NCBI GenBank assembly: GCA_963921275.4 | Contig: OZ001293.3 | Span: forward strand, 2,112,001 to 2,176,000 | DNA: 64,000 bases | Direction: 5' to 3' | From: an uncultured Hormoscilla sp. | Lineage (GTDB): Bacteria > Cyanobacteriota > Cyanobacteriia > Cyanobacteriales > Desertifilaceae | Shown here: positions 10,292 through 22,239 of the stretch, piece after piece | Position numbering within the stretch: the first letter of the stretch is position 1 | How the letters are laid out: each line of letters opens with the position of its first letter | Translations under genes and position numbers: made by a program | The notes under the pieces: model-generated | What the model was told of the DNA's origin: nothing | Seen by the model: only the letters and a program-made list of their open reading frames with translations | The model's database searches: none

Positions 10292-10823
10292 ATGTCCATC
10301 CCAAATCCGATGGAGGAAAAGATATCTTCCAGTTTGACTGATGTACCGACAATCCTGACTGTCGATGACAGCGAGATCGTGCAAAAGTCGATCAAACGCT
10401 ATTTAGGAACTCCGATTAAACAAGATGGAAGCCCTAAAGTCCTGTCAGCTAGGGCGTAAGGAGCGAATTTGTCACGTTATTACATCCTCGTTCCTTAGGC
10501 AGCGACTATCGGGTGCTAGTGGCTAGCCATGCTGTCGATGCTCTGGCCTTAATTTACCATGAATCTATCGACCTTGTCCTGCTAGACGTTTCTATGCCAG
10601 AAATTGATGGGTCTGAACTTTGCGCGGTGGCAGCATCCCGCAGTTTCAGCATCTGGCGATTATAATGGTCACAGCCCGAGATAGCCTCCTTGATAAAGTG
10701 CAAGGGCGTCTTGCTGGTGCCACCGAATATTTAACCAAGCCCTTTGAAGCTGAACAACTGATCGCGGTTGTAGGCAAATTTGCCCCGCCAGATCACACTG
10801 CCACCGAGGGGGTTGATAACTGA
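10292..10823 (+). pseudogene. Response regulator receiver protein, disrupted by a MITE and a frameshift
   Basis: ILTVDDS..KRYLG|SDYRVLVA..LVLLDVSMPEIDG..IIMVTA..GATEYLTKPF. Confidence 0.85.
10406..10494. mobile_element. 89-bp MITE, GGAAC...GTTCC ends, TTA target duplication
   Basis: TTA at 10403-10405 and 10495-10497; removal restores TAT TTA GGC AGC (YLGS). Confidence 0.8.
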
Positions 10824-10843
10824 ATCACCGATTGCATATACTA

Positions 10844-11304
10844 GACCTGTCCAAGAATAAAACCTTTGCCAGATCTGGGTTTCAATCTCCACCTCACTCG
10901 ATGGCATATGTTACTTACACGAATAAATCAGGGTTTGATGTATTTACTGTCAACAAAGCAAAGGTAGTATTGATTAAACTCAATTTTTTAAAAGCAATCG
11001 CCAAATTATAATATATCTGAAACCCAGACACCATACACAATTAGTTCTAGCCAACAACTTAGAGCAATAACTGACTCCAATAGATGTAGTAATTCGAGAA
11101 TAAATGCGCCATAAAAAAGCTGAAACATTTGCGGTGATTACCATTTATTCAGCTTATTTACTCAATTGAGCGTTATTACGAGCTGATAATAAGCATTGAT
11201 TTCGATTATTGGCAATTTTAACTGCAAATATAACTCATATTTATCGACTCATCAATAAAATTTTTACCTCCAATTCTAGCAAAAAATTATATTTTGGACA
11301 TGTC
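10844..11304. mobile_element. AT-rich MITE/IS remnant with GAC(C/A)TGTCCAA TIRs and TA flanks
   Basis: Left TA|GACCTGTCCAAGAATAA, right reverse complement TA|GACATGTCCAAAATATAA. Confidence 0.6.
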
Positions 11305-11430
11305 TACTTCAAATCGGTATCTGTAATCCACCGATCGAGGAGTGGTGAGCAAGTTTACTTTATCTTACCACTCCCCAACTTGGGTGATGCCAATTTGGGC
11401 TGCCAATTTGGGCTGCCAATTTGGGCCGCT

Positions 11431-11952
11431 CTAAGTAGAGGCTGTTTGTGCTGCCAACAGTTCTTTGAGTTTCGCCAGATCCTTTGCCCAGCGAGGATCC
11501 GGCTGAATGTCATTGGCACTAGAAGCAGCAGCAGGGCTTGTGTTAGCTGGGCGACGAGACTTATTTTTGTTTTTACGCCCGCCACCGCTAGGAGCCGGAC
11601 GGCTGCTGGCGGTTGCCGTTCCTACCGTTCCGGAAAAATCGGACGGCTCGCCGCCATCTTTAGCTTCTTTGCCTTCTTTGCCTTCTTTACCTTCTTTACC
11701 TTTTTGACGCGGCAATGCCTTTTCAATCTTCAGGGTGCTGTCTTTGAACACATAGCCGTTGAACTTCTCAATAATTTCGTCAGCCTTTTCGTCGGTTTTG
11801 ACTGTGACAAAACCGAAACCACGACATTTCCCTGTTTTCCGATCGGTGATCACCTTCGTAGTCACAGAGTCACCCTCTTCAGCAAATACCTCTGCGAGCT
11901 GTTTGCGCTCTATTTCCTTGGGCAGATTCCCTACATACAGACGAATGGACAT
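11431..11952 (-). CDS. RRM RNA-binding protein (cyanobacterial Rbp, long C-terminal type)
   Basis: RNP2 LYVGNL, RNP1 RGFGFV, C-terminal PDPRWA. Confidence 0.92.
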   Translation of the reverse strand: MSIRLYVGNLPKEIERKQLAEVFAEEGDSVTTKVITDRKTGKCRGFGFVTVKTDEKADEIIEKFNGYVFKDSTLKIEKALPRQKGKEGKEGKEGKEAKDGGEPSDFSGTVGTATASSRPAPSGGGRKNKNKSRRPANTSPAAASSANDIQPDPRWAKDLAKLKELLAAQTAST

Positions 11953-12127
11953 AATACCTCCAGACTTTGATTTGACATTTTCAAGCTAGGCACTGCTTTG
12001 CTACCCAGTCAAATGGGTAGCAACTTTGACAATGCCTCATATTTCATGAACTCGACAAATAAGACACCTCTATCTTTTTTTACCAAGACAATCCCGCTTT
12101 TGGTTTACGAGGCCCGAACTTCACCCC

Positions 12128-12209
12128 GATGTCTCTGGAGTAGTGCGAGTATGATGTCCCCCGGGTTTTCGCCGTGCGTCCGGGGGACATCATACTCTCC
12201 AGAGACATC
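12128..12209. repeat. Nested palindromic element (intergenic copy)
   Basis: GATGTCTCTGGAG...ATGATGTCCCCCGG-loop-CCGGGGGACATCAT...CTCCAGAGACATC; homologous to 38808-38935. Confidence 0.85.
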
Positions 12210-12632
12210 TAAGTACCGGACTCTGTGCCCGGGGCGATCGCACAACACCTAACTGCCCATTTCTAATACCAACCATGCTTTCAGTTATCATGTTCTACTT
12301 CATTAGCTCGCCGATCCTACCGAATACCTGTCTTTAAACCTTTTTTAACATCTTCTCTACTATTTACAAAAACTCCTGTTCATCTGTTCAATACTTACAG
12401 CTCCACAAAAAAACCGCCGCAGTCAGGGGCTGGTAGCTTTGGGGGTATTGGCAGTCAGAAAACATGAGTTGCACCATCCATCGGGCAGTAAGGGACAGAA
12501 ATGGGAAAAACGAATGTGCTGCGCGCCCAGCGCAGCGCCATCGGCCTGGTCTTCACTGCACAGAGATTATGTAATGAAACTTAACATATTTTTCTCCATT
12601 GAGCAACTTTTCTTTACATTTTTCCTCAGACC

Positions 12633-14947
12633 CTAAGTTTGCCAGATCAGGTAGGCGGACCACACCCCAGCCGCAAAAGCCACAATGGTCAGCCAGATGG
12701 GTAGATAACTGTGACTGGTTCTGTTCGGGCTGGTGCCTAGGGTTTCCAGGTCGAGCCAGACAATGGCCCCCCGGCGCAACCAGCCCGTTGCGATGACTGA
12801 TTGACCGATTAAATCCCGGGGACGGAGTCCACTACCATCCCATAAATCCCCAATGGGACCCAGGGGGGAGATGTAGTGTAACTTCACTAAACCACTGCCC
12901 GTTTGCAGATAAAAATCCTGTCCTAACCCGTTACTGAGGCCGCGACGCCCCAATAGTTTGCCTTGTAAGCAGCAGGTTTTGCTATCTGCCGGTAGGGCTT
13001 GGCTATTGGCGATCGCCTCGGTTAAATTCACTTCGGTTAAAGCGGTGCGTCGTTTGACATTTGGGAAATAGCGATTGAGCAGTATCAAGATGTTGATGTT
13101 GAAACTAATCAGCAGGCAAGCGGCCATCAGGTCGCCTCTTTGATCTTGAGACAGCCACACTAAATTACCAATATACATGAAATAGGCTATTTTTCCAATT
13201 AGCCACAGAAAAATTCTGAATCCTAGACCCAGCACTAAGCTAATTATCAGGGCCGTTTGCAGCAGGGGCAAGCCTTGTAGCTGTTCAATAGTAATGATAC
13301 AGCCATATCAATGGTATCCCTGATGTACGATCGCTTCGTTCGCGTAGCATGCGCGCAGCGCATTCTTTTCCGCTCTGGCGCGATCGCCGGTAAATCCAGT
13401 TCTGTTTCTAGACCCCAGTAGCGGGCGTAGTGAGCGAGTCGTTGCAGTCTTACTCCCATCAGGGGATGTCCGGTACCCCACGTCAACCACCGACTGTAAG
13501 GATTAAGGATATCCCACGACCAATTAGCATAAGCTTGCCAGTTACAGATAGCCTGACTATACCCTACAGGCTTGAGTAAATCAAAACTTTCTGTTAAAAA
13601 GCTGGTTGACTTGGTTTTCTGGATATCATCAGTAATGCCGCGAGCAATTTTCAGCAAGGCGCGGGTAAGAGCATTGGGGTTGCCCGTCGTTGCCACAGAG
13701 CCAGCGTCGCTATAAAGTAGCCGCTGCCGCGACAACCACAGCAGGGGCAAGCGCAGTAGCCAATAGTAGCCGTAACTGAGATTAGCCACCAGTGCCGCTA
13801 CCGTTCGGAATAAAGATTCTAGCAATGGTCTGTCTATTCGGTCTGAGGCATACTCTCCCCATTTTCCCACTTGCCAATAGAGGATGTAAGGAATTTGCAG
13901 TACCAATACCCCTACGGACATGACCATAAAATCCCAGTTGACGATTTGCGCTAACTGTGCTGCATAGATAGTGGCAATTTCGTCATCTCCTAGTTGCTCC
14001 AATAGTCCCTCACTAACTACAATCCGGGCAGTCATCGATAAATTTCCGTATGTAATTGCCACGGGTGTGGATGTGGGTAAAATGCCTAACTGGGGCACTC
14101 TCATTCGTCGCTGACGGCAAAATCTTTGCATCACTTTGGCTGCATCTGGACTGCGATCGCGCAGCTGGGCGTGAGTCATTGGTTTGAGACCATGAAAGAA
14201 TCTCAGCAGCCCATCCATTAACCAAGGAGACAAGACTAGCATGATTGCCAAGGTGAGAAAGACCAACTGGGTGGGATCGCGATCGAACGAGTCAATGGGT
14301 CGCAACAACGGCAGTAAGGCTAAGATTTTGTTAATTGTAACCTCAGCGAATCTGAGTATAGCACGACTCCACCAAAAGAAGGCGATCGCAGTTACCCCCT
14401 GTAGCACCCACAGCAACCTGATATCAGAGACCAAACCTGGCCCGACAGGCAATGGTCCCCACTGCTTTGCCCTTGGTGCCTGACGCCACTCACGATCTTC
14501 TACTATCTTCCTAGTTGGTTCTGCAGTTGGAGCCTGGGTTAAGGCTGCTGGCTTAGGAGCCAAGGGCGCAAAACCGGTGGGATCTCCGGATAAAGGAACG
14601 AAACCTGTGGGGTCTGTTACTGGGGTTGATGGTAACGCAGTGGGATGCTGACGTGCGCGTAGCGTGCGCGCAGCGCATTCGCTCAAATCCGCTAGAGTTT
14701 TTACAGCCCAGTTTTTCACTTTCCGATTACTGCTTTGGCGGAGGAGCTGACAGAGGGCGATCGCCTTTTCGGGCTGACCTGTGTCACGATAAGCCAATAC
14801 CAGACCTGTCTGGGCTTTGGTGAGGGTTTTATCGTCCAGTTCCAACTCGCTGACAGCTGCTAGGTGGGCGATCGCGTTTTGATAATCTGATTGCTTGAGG
14901 GCGGCTAAACCCGCCTCTAGAGATGGGTTGTCCGGGATAGATGTCAT
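12633..14947 (-). pseudogene. TPR plus M48/HtpX-like membrane peptidase, frameshifted near 13270
   Basis: ARIVVSEGLLEQLGDDEIATIY, GNPNALTRALLKI, GHPLMGVRL; ORFs 13247-14947 and 12633-13271 join by a 1-nt indel; the HExxH position reads AQLAQ. Confidence 0.75.
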
Positions 14948-15618
14948 AAGTTTCTTAACCCGCGCTTTCTTCCAAGATAGCTTATAAACACTCTCTCTGC
15001 TACCGCGATATCTTGGTCGCCTTGGTATATCAGTAATAACTACTATGTTTAGACGTAATTTTCTTTAGGATTTTCTCCTCTTTGTCCCTGGCTGTAATTC
15101 AGCCACAAATAATCGTCATAGCAGTTCTGACAACTCTCCCCTCAAGGATAAACCGAAACTGCGATTTTCCGTGAGCGATGTTCAATGTATGGCATATTTG
15201 CAGCGGTATTATAGCGCATTAAAACTGCTTTTTCCGAAGTGTTAGAGGCATAAATTTAGTTTTTTCCCGTTGATTACTTTGTGGAAGCGGCTGCCGCATT
15301 ACAGCTAAATATGGTAGATATAGTTATGGCAGGTTTCGCAGAATATGTGCTCCTTAGAGTAAGGAAGAATGCTGTGCAGATTATAGCCCTAACACAACTA
15401 CCGTGCCGCCATTGCTGTCCGTTCAGACAGCAATATCAAGTCATTAGCTGACTTGAAAGGTAAAACAATTTCGGGAGGTGTATAAAGCAATGAAACAAGA
15501 GAATTTTATTAAGTAATGCAGACCTGTTTGTAGTAAGCTGGAAGCGTGCTTTCAGAGGGCAAAGACTAAAGTTTTTACTACGAACGGCAAGGACTAAAGT
15601 CCTTACTACGAACGGCAT

Positions 15619-17427
15619 TTAATTGAACACCTGGGACAATGGCACTCCTAACCACCCAGCAAAGTTTTGTGCCTGAATATGAGTTGGACGATCTACTGGC
15701 ACCACCTGATAACAGTTGGGTTGTGGTTCTCCCAGGGTCACTAACTCCGTGCGCAATTGCTCTTCATGGAAAACGCTCAACTTAATGGTATCCCCAGGAC
15801 TGTAGTCTTTCAAACGCTCATTCAACTCTTCTGCCTTTACCCGAATGCCATCAATAGCTAACAGTTCGTCACCATTATCAATCCCCGCCTGATGTGCTGG
15901 CGAACCAGAGGCGACAAATTTGATTAACTCCCGTCCATTTTCGCCTTTTGCTCTTACACCTAAGTAGGGAAATGACTCGCCAACTTTATCTACACAATCG
16001 CTTTTTAGCTGCAAACCAAAAGGTGACAAGTATTCGTCAAAAGGCAATTCCTCTGTACCGTCAATGTAGCGCGCCCAGAAATCTCCGAGTTCTACACCCG
16101 CAACGGACTCGATCACCTGCTGCAACTGGGCCTCTGTAAAGCCAATTTCTTTTTTGCCGAATTGCTGCCACATTTGACCCATGACATCATCGAGCGATCG
16201 CCCATTTTCATGCCGGGCCCGAATCAGCAAATCCAGCAGCAGGGACACCAATTCTCCTTTTAAGTAATAAGAAATCTGAGAATTGTCACTATTAGCATGG
16301 CGTCGATACAACTTAATCCAGGCATCCCAGCTCGACTCGCTCGCCGGTTGTACCAGACGGCCCGGAGTCGTCTGGAGGCGGGTAATTTCCTTACCCAGTT
16401 CCTGCAAAAAAGTCCGAACGTCATAAATTCCCGCCCGCATGGGAATCACCAGATCGTAGTAGCTAGTCGTTCCTTCACAAAACCACAAACAAGGGGTGTA
16501 ATTTTCCCGATCGTAGTCAAATACCTGCAACCCTTGGGGACGGAGACGCTTCACATTCCAGAGGTGAAAGAACTCGTGGGCCACCAACTGCATAAACTCC
16601 TGATACTTTGAGCGATCGCGGAACCCAAAGCGATTGTAAATCAACGAGCAGCCATGCTTATGTTCCAGTCCTCCCCTACCCTGGGATACCAGATGTAGCA
16701 GAAACACATAGCGATCGTATGGCAATTCCCCAAATAGCTGAGCCTCCACCTGAATAATTTTCTCGATATCAAGAATCATCTGCTCTGGTTTAGCATTTCC
16801 CTCTCCCCAGATAGCCAGTTCGTGGGGTTTGGCCAGGACCTCAAAGTGATAGAGGCGGTGGGTGCCAATTTCAAACGGACTATCTACCACAGTATCAAAA
16901 TCCTCTGCCCAGAAAGTATCAGCTTTGCCCGACACAGCAGGCAACATTGTTGTTACTTTCCATTCTGATTTGGGAGTCAAAATTTTCACCTGTATAGGGA
17001 TCTGCTCCCATCCGACTACCCTCAAGAATAAAGCCGCCCCGTTGAAATAGCCGTGACTAGCATCCAAGTGATTTGTCCGCACCGTCAATTCCGCAGCAAA
17101 TATCCGGTAGTGAACCACAATCTCTGAAATTTCCGACGTCTCAATTTGCCAGTGATTTTTGCTTAACTTGCGCCAACCTAAGGCACTCTCATCACCAGCA
17201 GCAGCGGCAAACTCCTGTAAATGTCTGACATATTCCCGCACCAGGTAAGAACCTGGAGTCCAGACTGGCATTTTCAGATCTAGTACAGGCTCTGACCAAC
17301 CAGATAGCAGCAGAGTCACCTCAAACAGATGAGAACTCGGCTGAGGCATTGCTACCTGGTAGTTAATTCCTGGAGCATTTTGCGAACCGCTGGTAGGTTT
17401 AGTCTCAGTCAGAATTGCTTCAGTCAT
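15619..17427 (-). CDS. M61 family metallopeptidase with PDZ domain
   Basis: PVWTPGSY, GGLEH, AHEFFHLWN, WFCEGTTSYY, C-terminal PDZ. Confidence 0.93.
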   Translation of the reverse strand: MTEAILTETKPTSGSQNAPGINYQVAMPQPSSHLFEVTLLLSGWSEPVLDLKMPVWTPGSYLVREYVRHLQEFAAAAGDESALGWRKLSKNHWQIETSEISEIVVHYRIFAAELTVRTNHLDASHGYFNGAALFLRVVGWEQIPIQVKILTPKSEWKVTTMLPAVSGKADTFWAEDFDTVVDSPFEIGTHRLYHFEVLAKPHELAIWGEGNAKPEQMILDIEKIIQVEAQLFGELPYDRYVFLLHLVSQGRGGLEHKHGCSLIYNRFGFRDRSKYQEFMQLVAHEFFHLWNVKRLRPQGLQVFDYDRENYTPCLWFCEGTTSYYDLVIPMRAGIYDVRTFLQELGKEITRLQTTPGRLVQPASESSWDAWIKLYRRHANSDNSQISYYLKGELVSLLLDLLIRARHENGRSLDDVMGQMWQQFGKKEIGFTEAQLQQVIESVAGVELGDFWARYIDGTEELPFDEYLSPFGLQLKSDCVDKVGESFPYLGVRAKGENGRELIKFVASGSPAHQAGIDNGDELLAIDGIRVKAEELNERLKDYSPGDTIKLSVFHEEQLRTELVTLGEPQPNCYQVVPVDRPTHIQAQNFAGWLGVPLSQVFN

Positions 17428-17474
17428 TTTGCTCCCAGTTTGACACTTCTCAATTAATTCGTCTCAATTCTCAA

Positions 17475-18158
17475 TTAAACCTTTCCTGCTAGATGAGTCA
17501 GCTGTTTCAAGTTGATCAGATAGATTACCTGCTTGGCTGGAACAATTTTAATCCAACCCTTTTCATTCAGCTTTTCCATTATTTTCTTAGTTTCTTGCTC
17601 GCCGATATCCGCCACATTTGCCAGGTCTTTGAAAGGAATGTTATAGATTTCCGTGCCATTTTCGGTCGCCCGACCGTAATTTTCTCCCAAGCTAACTAAG
17701 GTATTAGCTAGTTTCACCGCTGGGGGCTGGTTGCGCAGTTGAAAGCGGTAATTAATCAGGCGCAGGCGTCGTACCATCAGTTGTAGCATCCGGTGGTGCA
17801 ACTGGGAATCTTTGAATAGGGTTTGGATAAATCGCTGAGCTGAGACGCTGAGCAAATCCACCGACGAGAGCGCAATCACATCGGTGGAACGGGGAGATTC
17901 ATCCAAAATCGCCATTTCACCAAAAAAGTCACCCTTGCCCAGGATAGCGAGGGTAACGCCATCTTCTCCAGAGAGGCGTCGGACTTTCACCCAGCCCGAA
18001 ACAATGAAGAACACGGCGTTGCCCCAAGCATCTTCCATCAAAACTGCTCTGGAAGGTGGATACTCATGCTCTTGGGCAATAGACAACAGCCATTCCAAGG
18101 TTTCTGGGCTGGCGGCATTAAACAGGGGAAAAAGCTCACTAAACTCTTCGGTCTGCAT
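17475..18158 (-). CDS. Crp/Fnr family transcriptional regulator
   Basis: cNMP domain GDFFGEMAILDESPRS plus C-terminal HTH; start at ATG 18158. Confidence 0.9.
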   Translation of the reverse strand: MQTEEFSELFPLFNAASPETLEWLLSIAQEHEYPPSRAVLMEDAWGNAVFFIVSGWVKVRRLSGEDGVTLAILGKGDFFGEMAILDESPRSTDVIALSSVDLLSVSAQRFIQTLFKDSQLHHRMLQLMVRRLRLINYRFQLRNQPPAVKLANTLVSLGENYGRATENGTEIYNIPFKDLANVADIGEQETKKIMEKLNEKGWIKIVPAKQVIYLINLKQLTHLAGKV

Positions 18159-18689
18159 GAGGTGGTTTTGGCAATAGGGAGATTGATAGCACTTTCGGAT
18201 CTCTGCTTGCGGGCATCTCGGGGATCCCCAACAAGCATCTATCCCTATATGATGACAGGGACAGTAGATTGCGTTCGGTCTCATATCTATTAATTTTGGA
18301 CTCTAGACCGGACGGAATGGGGATAGGGGGCGGATATCCGGTCATCGCCGGCGGTAGATTAAAAAATCGTAACATTCTGCGCCCGAGGGGTTGGTGGGAG
18401 CAAAATCCCGCTCTGCTGGGGGTTTGAGCTTAATCCCATGTAGGGAAAACCGATTGGGACCCCATCGCTCGGTCGAATTATTGTATAGTAATGTTGAGAG
18501 ATGAAAATTTGCGCTAAGATGATGATTGATGTCGCCGCTAGGTTGCCAGTGGTCGCAATCAGTGGAGTAAAAGCCACAGGTGCGGTAAAACTATTAGTTG
18601 TGACGTCAAGTATGCTCTTCGGCGCGATCGTCCGATAGCCTCCCGGCCCCAGGCTGGGAAAAACACGCCGTCCACCGATAGATTACCAC

Positions 18690-20031
18690 ATGGGCAAAAA
18701 GCCAACAATTGCGCTCTATCACTTGGGATGCGAAAAAAATCGCATAGATACCGAACATATGCTAGGCCTATTGGCACAAGCAGGATATCAGGTAGACTCG
18801 AATGCAGAGTTAGCAGATTATGTTATAGTCAATACCTGTAGCTTTATCGAAGCAGCACGGGCAGAATCAGTACGGACCCTGGTAGAACTGGCAGAAGCAA
18901 ACAAAAAAATAGTGGTGACGGGCTGCATGGCCCAACACTTCCAAGCCGAGTTGCTAGCAGAACTGCCAGAGGCAGTAGCTGTAGTCGGGACGGGAAGTTA
19001 TAACAAAATTGTAGACGTGATTCAACGGGTAGAAACTGGAGAGCGCGTACAGGAAATATCCGCCGAACCGACTTATATTGCTGATGAAACAACGCCCCGC
19101 TACCGGACAACGACGGAGGCGGTAGCCTACCTGCGCATAGCAGAAGGCTGTGACTATCGCTGTGCTTTCTGCATTATTCCTCATTTACGCGGTCAGATGC
19201 GATCGCGCCCCATAGAATCGATTGTGGCAGAGGCGCAGCAGTTGGCAGCGGAAGGGGTCGAGGAAATAATTTTGATCTCGCAGATAACAACGGCTTACGG
19301 CATAGATATTTACGGCGAACCAAAATTAGCAGAACTGCTGCGGGCCTTGGGAAAAGTGGAGATCCCCTGGATAAGAATTCACTATGCTTATCCGACAGGT
19401 CAGACGGCCCCAGTGCTAGCGGCAATGAAAGAAACGGCCAATGTGCTGCCCTACCTGGATTTACCTTTACAACATTCCCATCCGGAAATCCTCCGGGCGA
19501 TGAACCGCCCCCTGGCAAGGGCGGGTGAATGACGAGATTATTGACAAGCTCAAGGCAGCAATGCCTGCTGCGGTGTTGCGAACGACTTTGATCGTTGGGT
19601 TTCCCGGGGAGACGGAGTCCCATTTTGCCCATCTTTATGAGTTTGTGCAGCGTCATGAATTCGATCATGTCGGAGTGTTTACCTTTTCTCCAGAAGAGGG
19701 AACTCCTGCCTATAATTTGCCCAATCAACTGCCAGAAGCGGTGAAGGAAGATCGACGTTCTAGGTTGATGGCTTTGCAACAACCAATATCCCTGAAAAAA
19801 AATCAAGGGGAACTGGGCAAGGTAGTTGATGTGCTCCTAGAACAAGAAAACCCTGCCACAGGGGAGTATATCGGTCGATCAGGCCGATTATCGCCAGAGG
19901 TGGATGGGTTGGTTTACGTCCAGGGAAAGGCGAGGTTGTCGGGAATAGTGCCTGTGAAAATCACGGCGGCAGATGTTTATGACCTTTACGGTCAAGTTGT
20001 TGGTCATTCTTCATCAGGTCAGGATTATTGA
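18690..20031 (+). pseudogene. rimO: Ribosomal protein S12 methylthiotransferase RimO with one +1 frameshift (C5 run at 19508-19512); real lesion or sequencing error
   Basis: [46 protein letters not shown] domain; removing one C gives MNRPWQGRV. Confidence 0.88.
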
Positions 20032-20075
20032 CAAGTGAGGAAAATGACAATTGCATTATGTTTGAAGGAGAATTA

Positions 20076-21470
20076 ATGACTCTATCATTCCAAAGTTTAG
20101 GAATTTCAGAAGCTCGGACTCGACATCTAGAAAAAGAAGGTTTTACAGAGCCGACAGAAATTCAAGCTCAAGCAATACCGCACCTGCTGTCAGGTCGGGA
20201 TGTAGTAGGTCAAGCCCAAACGGGAACTGGGAAAACGGCAGCTTTTGCCCTACCGATTATAGAAGGGATCGATATAAAAACAGCAGCACCTCAAGCTCTG
20301 ATTTTGACTCCTACTCGCGAATTGGCTATACAGGTTTGCCAAGCCATTAGAAATATCACCGGTGATAGGCGGGTGCGAGTGCTGGCAATCTACGGCGGTC
20401 AAGCGATCGATCGCCAGATCGATCGTTTGGAAAGGGGGGTCCAGATTGTGGTGGGAACCCCCGGACGAGTGATAGATTTGCTCGATCGGGGCTTCCTGAG
20501 GCTGGAGTCCGTCAACTGGGTGGTGTTGGATGAAGCAGATGAAATGCTGAATATGGGCTTTATCCAGGATGTGGAAACAATCCTGAAACAGGCCCCAGTA
20601 GAGCGGCAAACCGCTTGTTTCTCGGCGACGATGCCCTATTCAATTCGGGAGTTGGTGACTAAGTTTTTGCGATCGCCGGTGACGGTGACGATCAAGCAAC
20701 CGAAAGCCGCACCCAACCGGATCAATCAAGTGGCCTATATGGTGCCGCGCGGGTGGACAAAGGCCAGGGCGTTGCAGCCGATCTTGGAAGTAGAAGAACC
20801 AGAATCAGCTCTCATATTTGTCCGTACCCGTCATCAAGCGGCAGAACTGACGAGCCAACTGCAAGCTGCTGGTCATAATGTGGATGAGTACCACGGAGAC
20901 CTGAGCCAATCTCAACGGGAACGGCTGATGCTGCGGTTTCGCCATCGGCAGGTGCGGATGGTGGTGGCTACGGATATCGCGGCCCGGGGATTACATGTGG
21001 ATGACCTGACTCACGTGATCAACTACGACCTGCCCGATAGCGTCGAAAGCTATGTCCACCGTATTGGTCGTACCGGTCGGGCGGGCAAAGAAGGTACCGC
21101 GATTTCTTTGATTCAACCATTTGACCGGCGGAAACTGTATCAAATTGAACGGCACGTGCGCCAAAGGCTAGAAATAACGAAGGTGCCGACCCGTTCTCAA
21201 ATCGAGGCCCGGCATCTGGAAAAACTGCAAAAGGAAGTGCTCGAAGCTCTCACGGGCGAGCGGATGGCTTCTTTCTTGCCGATTGTGGCGAAAATGTCTG
21301 AGGAAGAATACGACCCTCATGCGATCGCGGCTGCTACTCTGCAAATGGCCTACGACAAAACCCGTCCGGCCTGGATGCAATCGGATTATAACGATGATGA
21401 GATCCCACCAGCGACTCCCAAGCCGAAGCTGGTGAAGCGTCAGAAGACACAGGCGCCGTCCCGAAGTTAG
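20076..21470 (+). CDS. crhR: DEAD-box RNA helicase CrhR-like
   Basis: AQTGTGKT, PTRELA, DEAD, SAT, HRIGRTGRAG; AAGGAG RBS; rimO-crhR synteny. Confidence 0.92.
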   Translation: MTLSFQSLGISEARTRHLEKEGFTEPTEIQAQAIPHLLSGRDVVGQAQTGTGKTAAFALPIIEGIDIKTAAPQALILTPTRELAIQVCQAIRNITGDRRVRVLAIYGGQAIDRQIDRLERGVQIVVGTPGRVIDLLDRGFLRLESVNWVVLDEADEMLNMGFIQDVETILKQAPVERQTACFSATMPYSIRELVTKFLRSPVTVTIKQPKAAPNRINQVAYMVPRGWTKARALQPILEVEEPESALIFVRTRHQAAELTSQLQAAGHNVDEYHGDLSQSQRERLMLRFRHRQVRMVVATDIAARGLHVDDLTHVINYDLPDSVESYVHRIGRTGRAGKEGTAISLIQPFDRRKLYQIERHVRQRLEITKVPTRSQIEARHLEKLQKEVLEALTGERMASFLPIVAKMSEEEYDPHAIAAATLQMAYDKTRPAWMQSDYNDDEIPPATPKPKLVKRQKTQAPSRS

Positions 21471-21565
21471 GGTGGGGCGACAATATCTGCCCGGGACGTA
21501 GGGCGGGCGTCTCGCCTGCCCGGGTTTCGTGCCTCAACCCAACCTACAAAGGGAAGGCGATCGGC

Positions 21566-21597
21566 AATTCAAAATTCAAAATTCAAAATTCAAAATT
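21566..21597 (+). repeat. Heptamer tandem repeat (AATTCAA)n, STRR type
   Basis: About 4.5 copies; other heptamer arrays near 37811 (TGACTGG) and 43003 (TGACAAC). Confidence 0.8.
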
Positions 21598-21707
21598 GGG
21601 AAAGTCCGTGAGAACAAGGATCTCGGCGGATCGGCCGTAGCAATGTAAATGCACGACAGCTTATGGGGAATTGCAACAATTGACAATGGGCAATTCCGGA
21701 GTGGAAA

Positions 21708-22154
21708 GTGAAAAAACTTCCTTGGCCCTCTCTTGCCATCCTCCTAGTTACATATACGACTTTTGGCTGTACTTTGCCATCTGTAAAACTCTCGGAGATG
21801 GTTGAGTACCCTGGTAATTTCTCTCAGCTAGCGTGGGCGTTGGCAGCAGTATTAGCTTTGCTGCTGTCGGCGGCGCTGACGGTACCGTTGCGCAAGACTA
21901 AGCGATGGCTGATCCGTTGGTTGAAAACGGATGTGGGTATGTTTACTGGCGTGGTTACGATCGCCTTTTTCGCGGCTTTGATGCTGTCAAGAATACACCT
22001 GTTTGGCAGTCCGATGGTACTGCTTTTAGCTGGCTCATTAGCAAGATTGGACATTCAGACGGCTGGTTTTAGCGAACGACAAGCTTTTTGGATTTTGACA
22101 GTCGCTTCTTTGGCTGGTTTGGTGCAGGGTTGGATAGTAAATCATTTAATGTAG
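21708..22154 (+). CDS. Hypothetical multi-pass membrane protein
   Basis: 148-aa ORF with about 5 hydrophobic segments. Confidence 0.7.
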   Translation: MKKLPWPSLAILLVTYTTFGCTLPSVKLSEMVEYPGNFSQLAWALAAVLALLLSAALTVPLRKTKRWLIRWLKTDVGMFTGVVTIAFFAALMLSRIHLFGSPMVLLLAGSLARLDIQTAGFSERQAFWILTVASLAGLVQGWIVNHLM

Positions 22155-22239
22155 AACAATAGGATATTGTCAGCCCGGTTTTCAGTAAAAGCCGGGTTTA
22201 TTATTGCATGATTAACGGATGTTGTGTATTCTAGGATTT

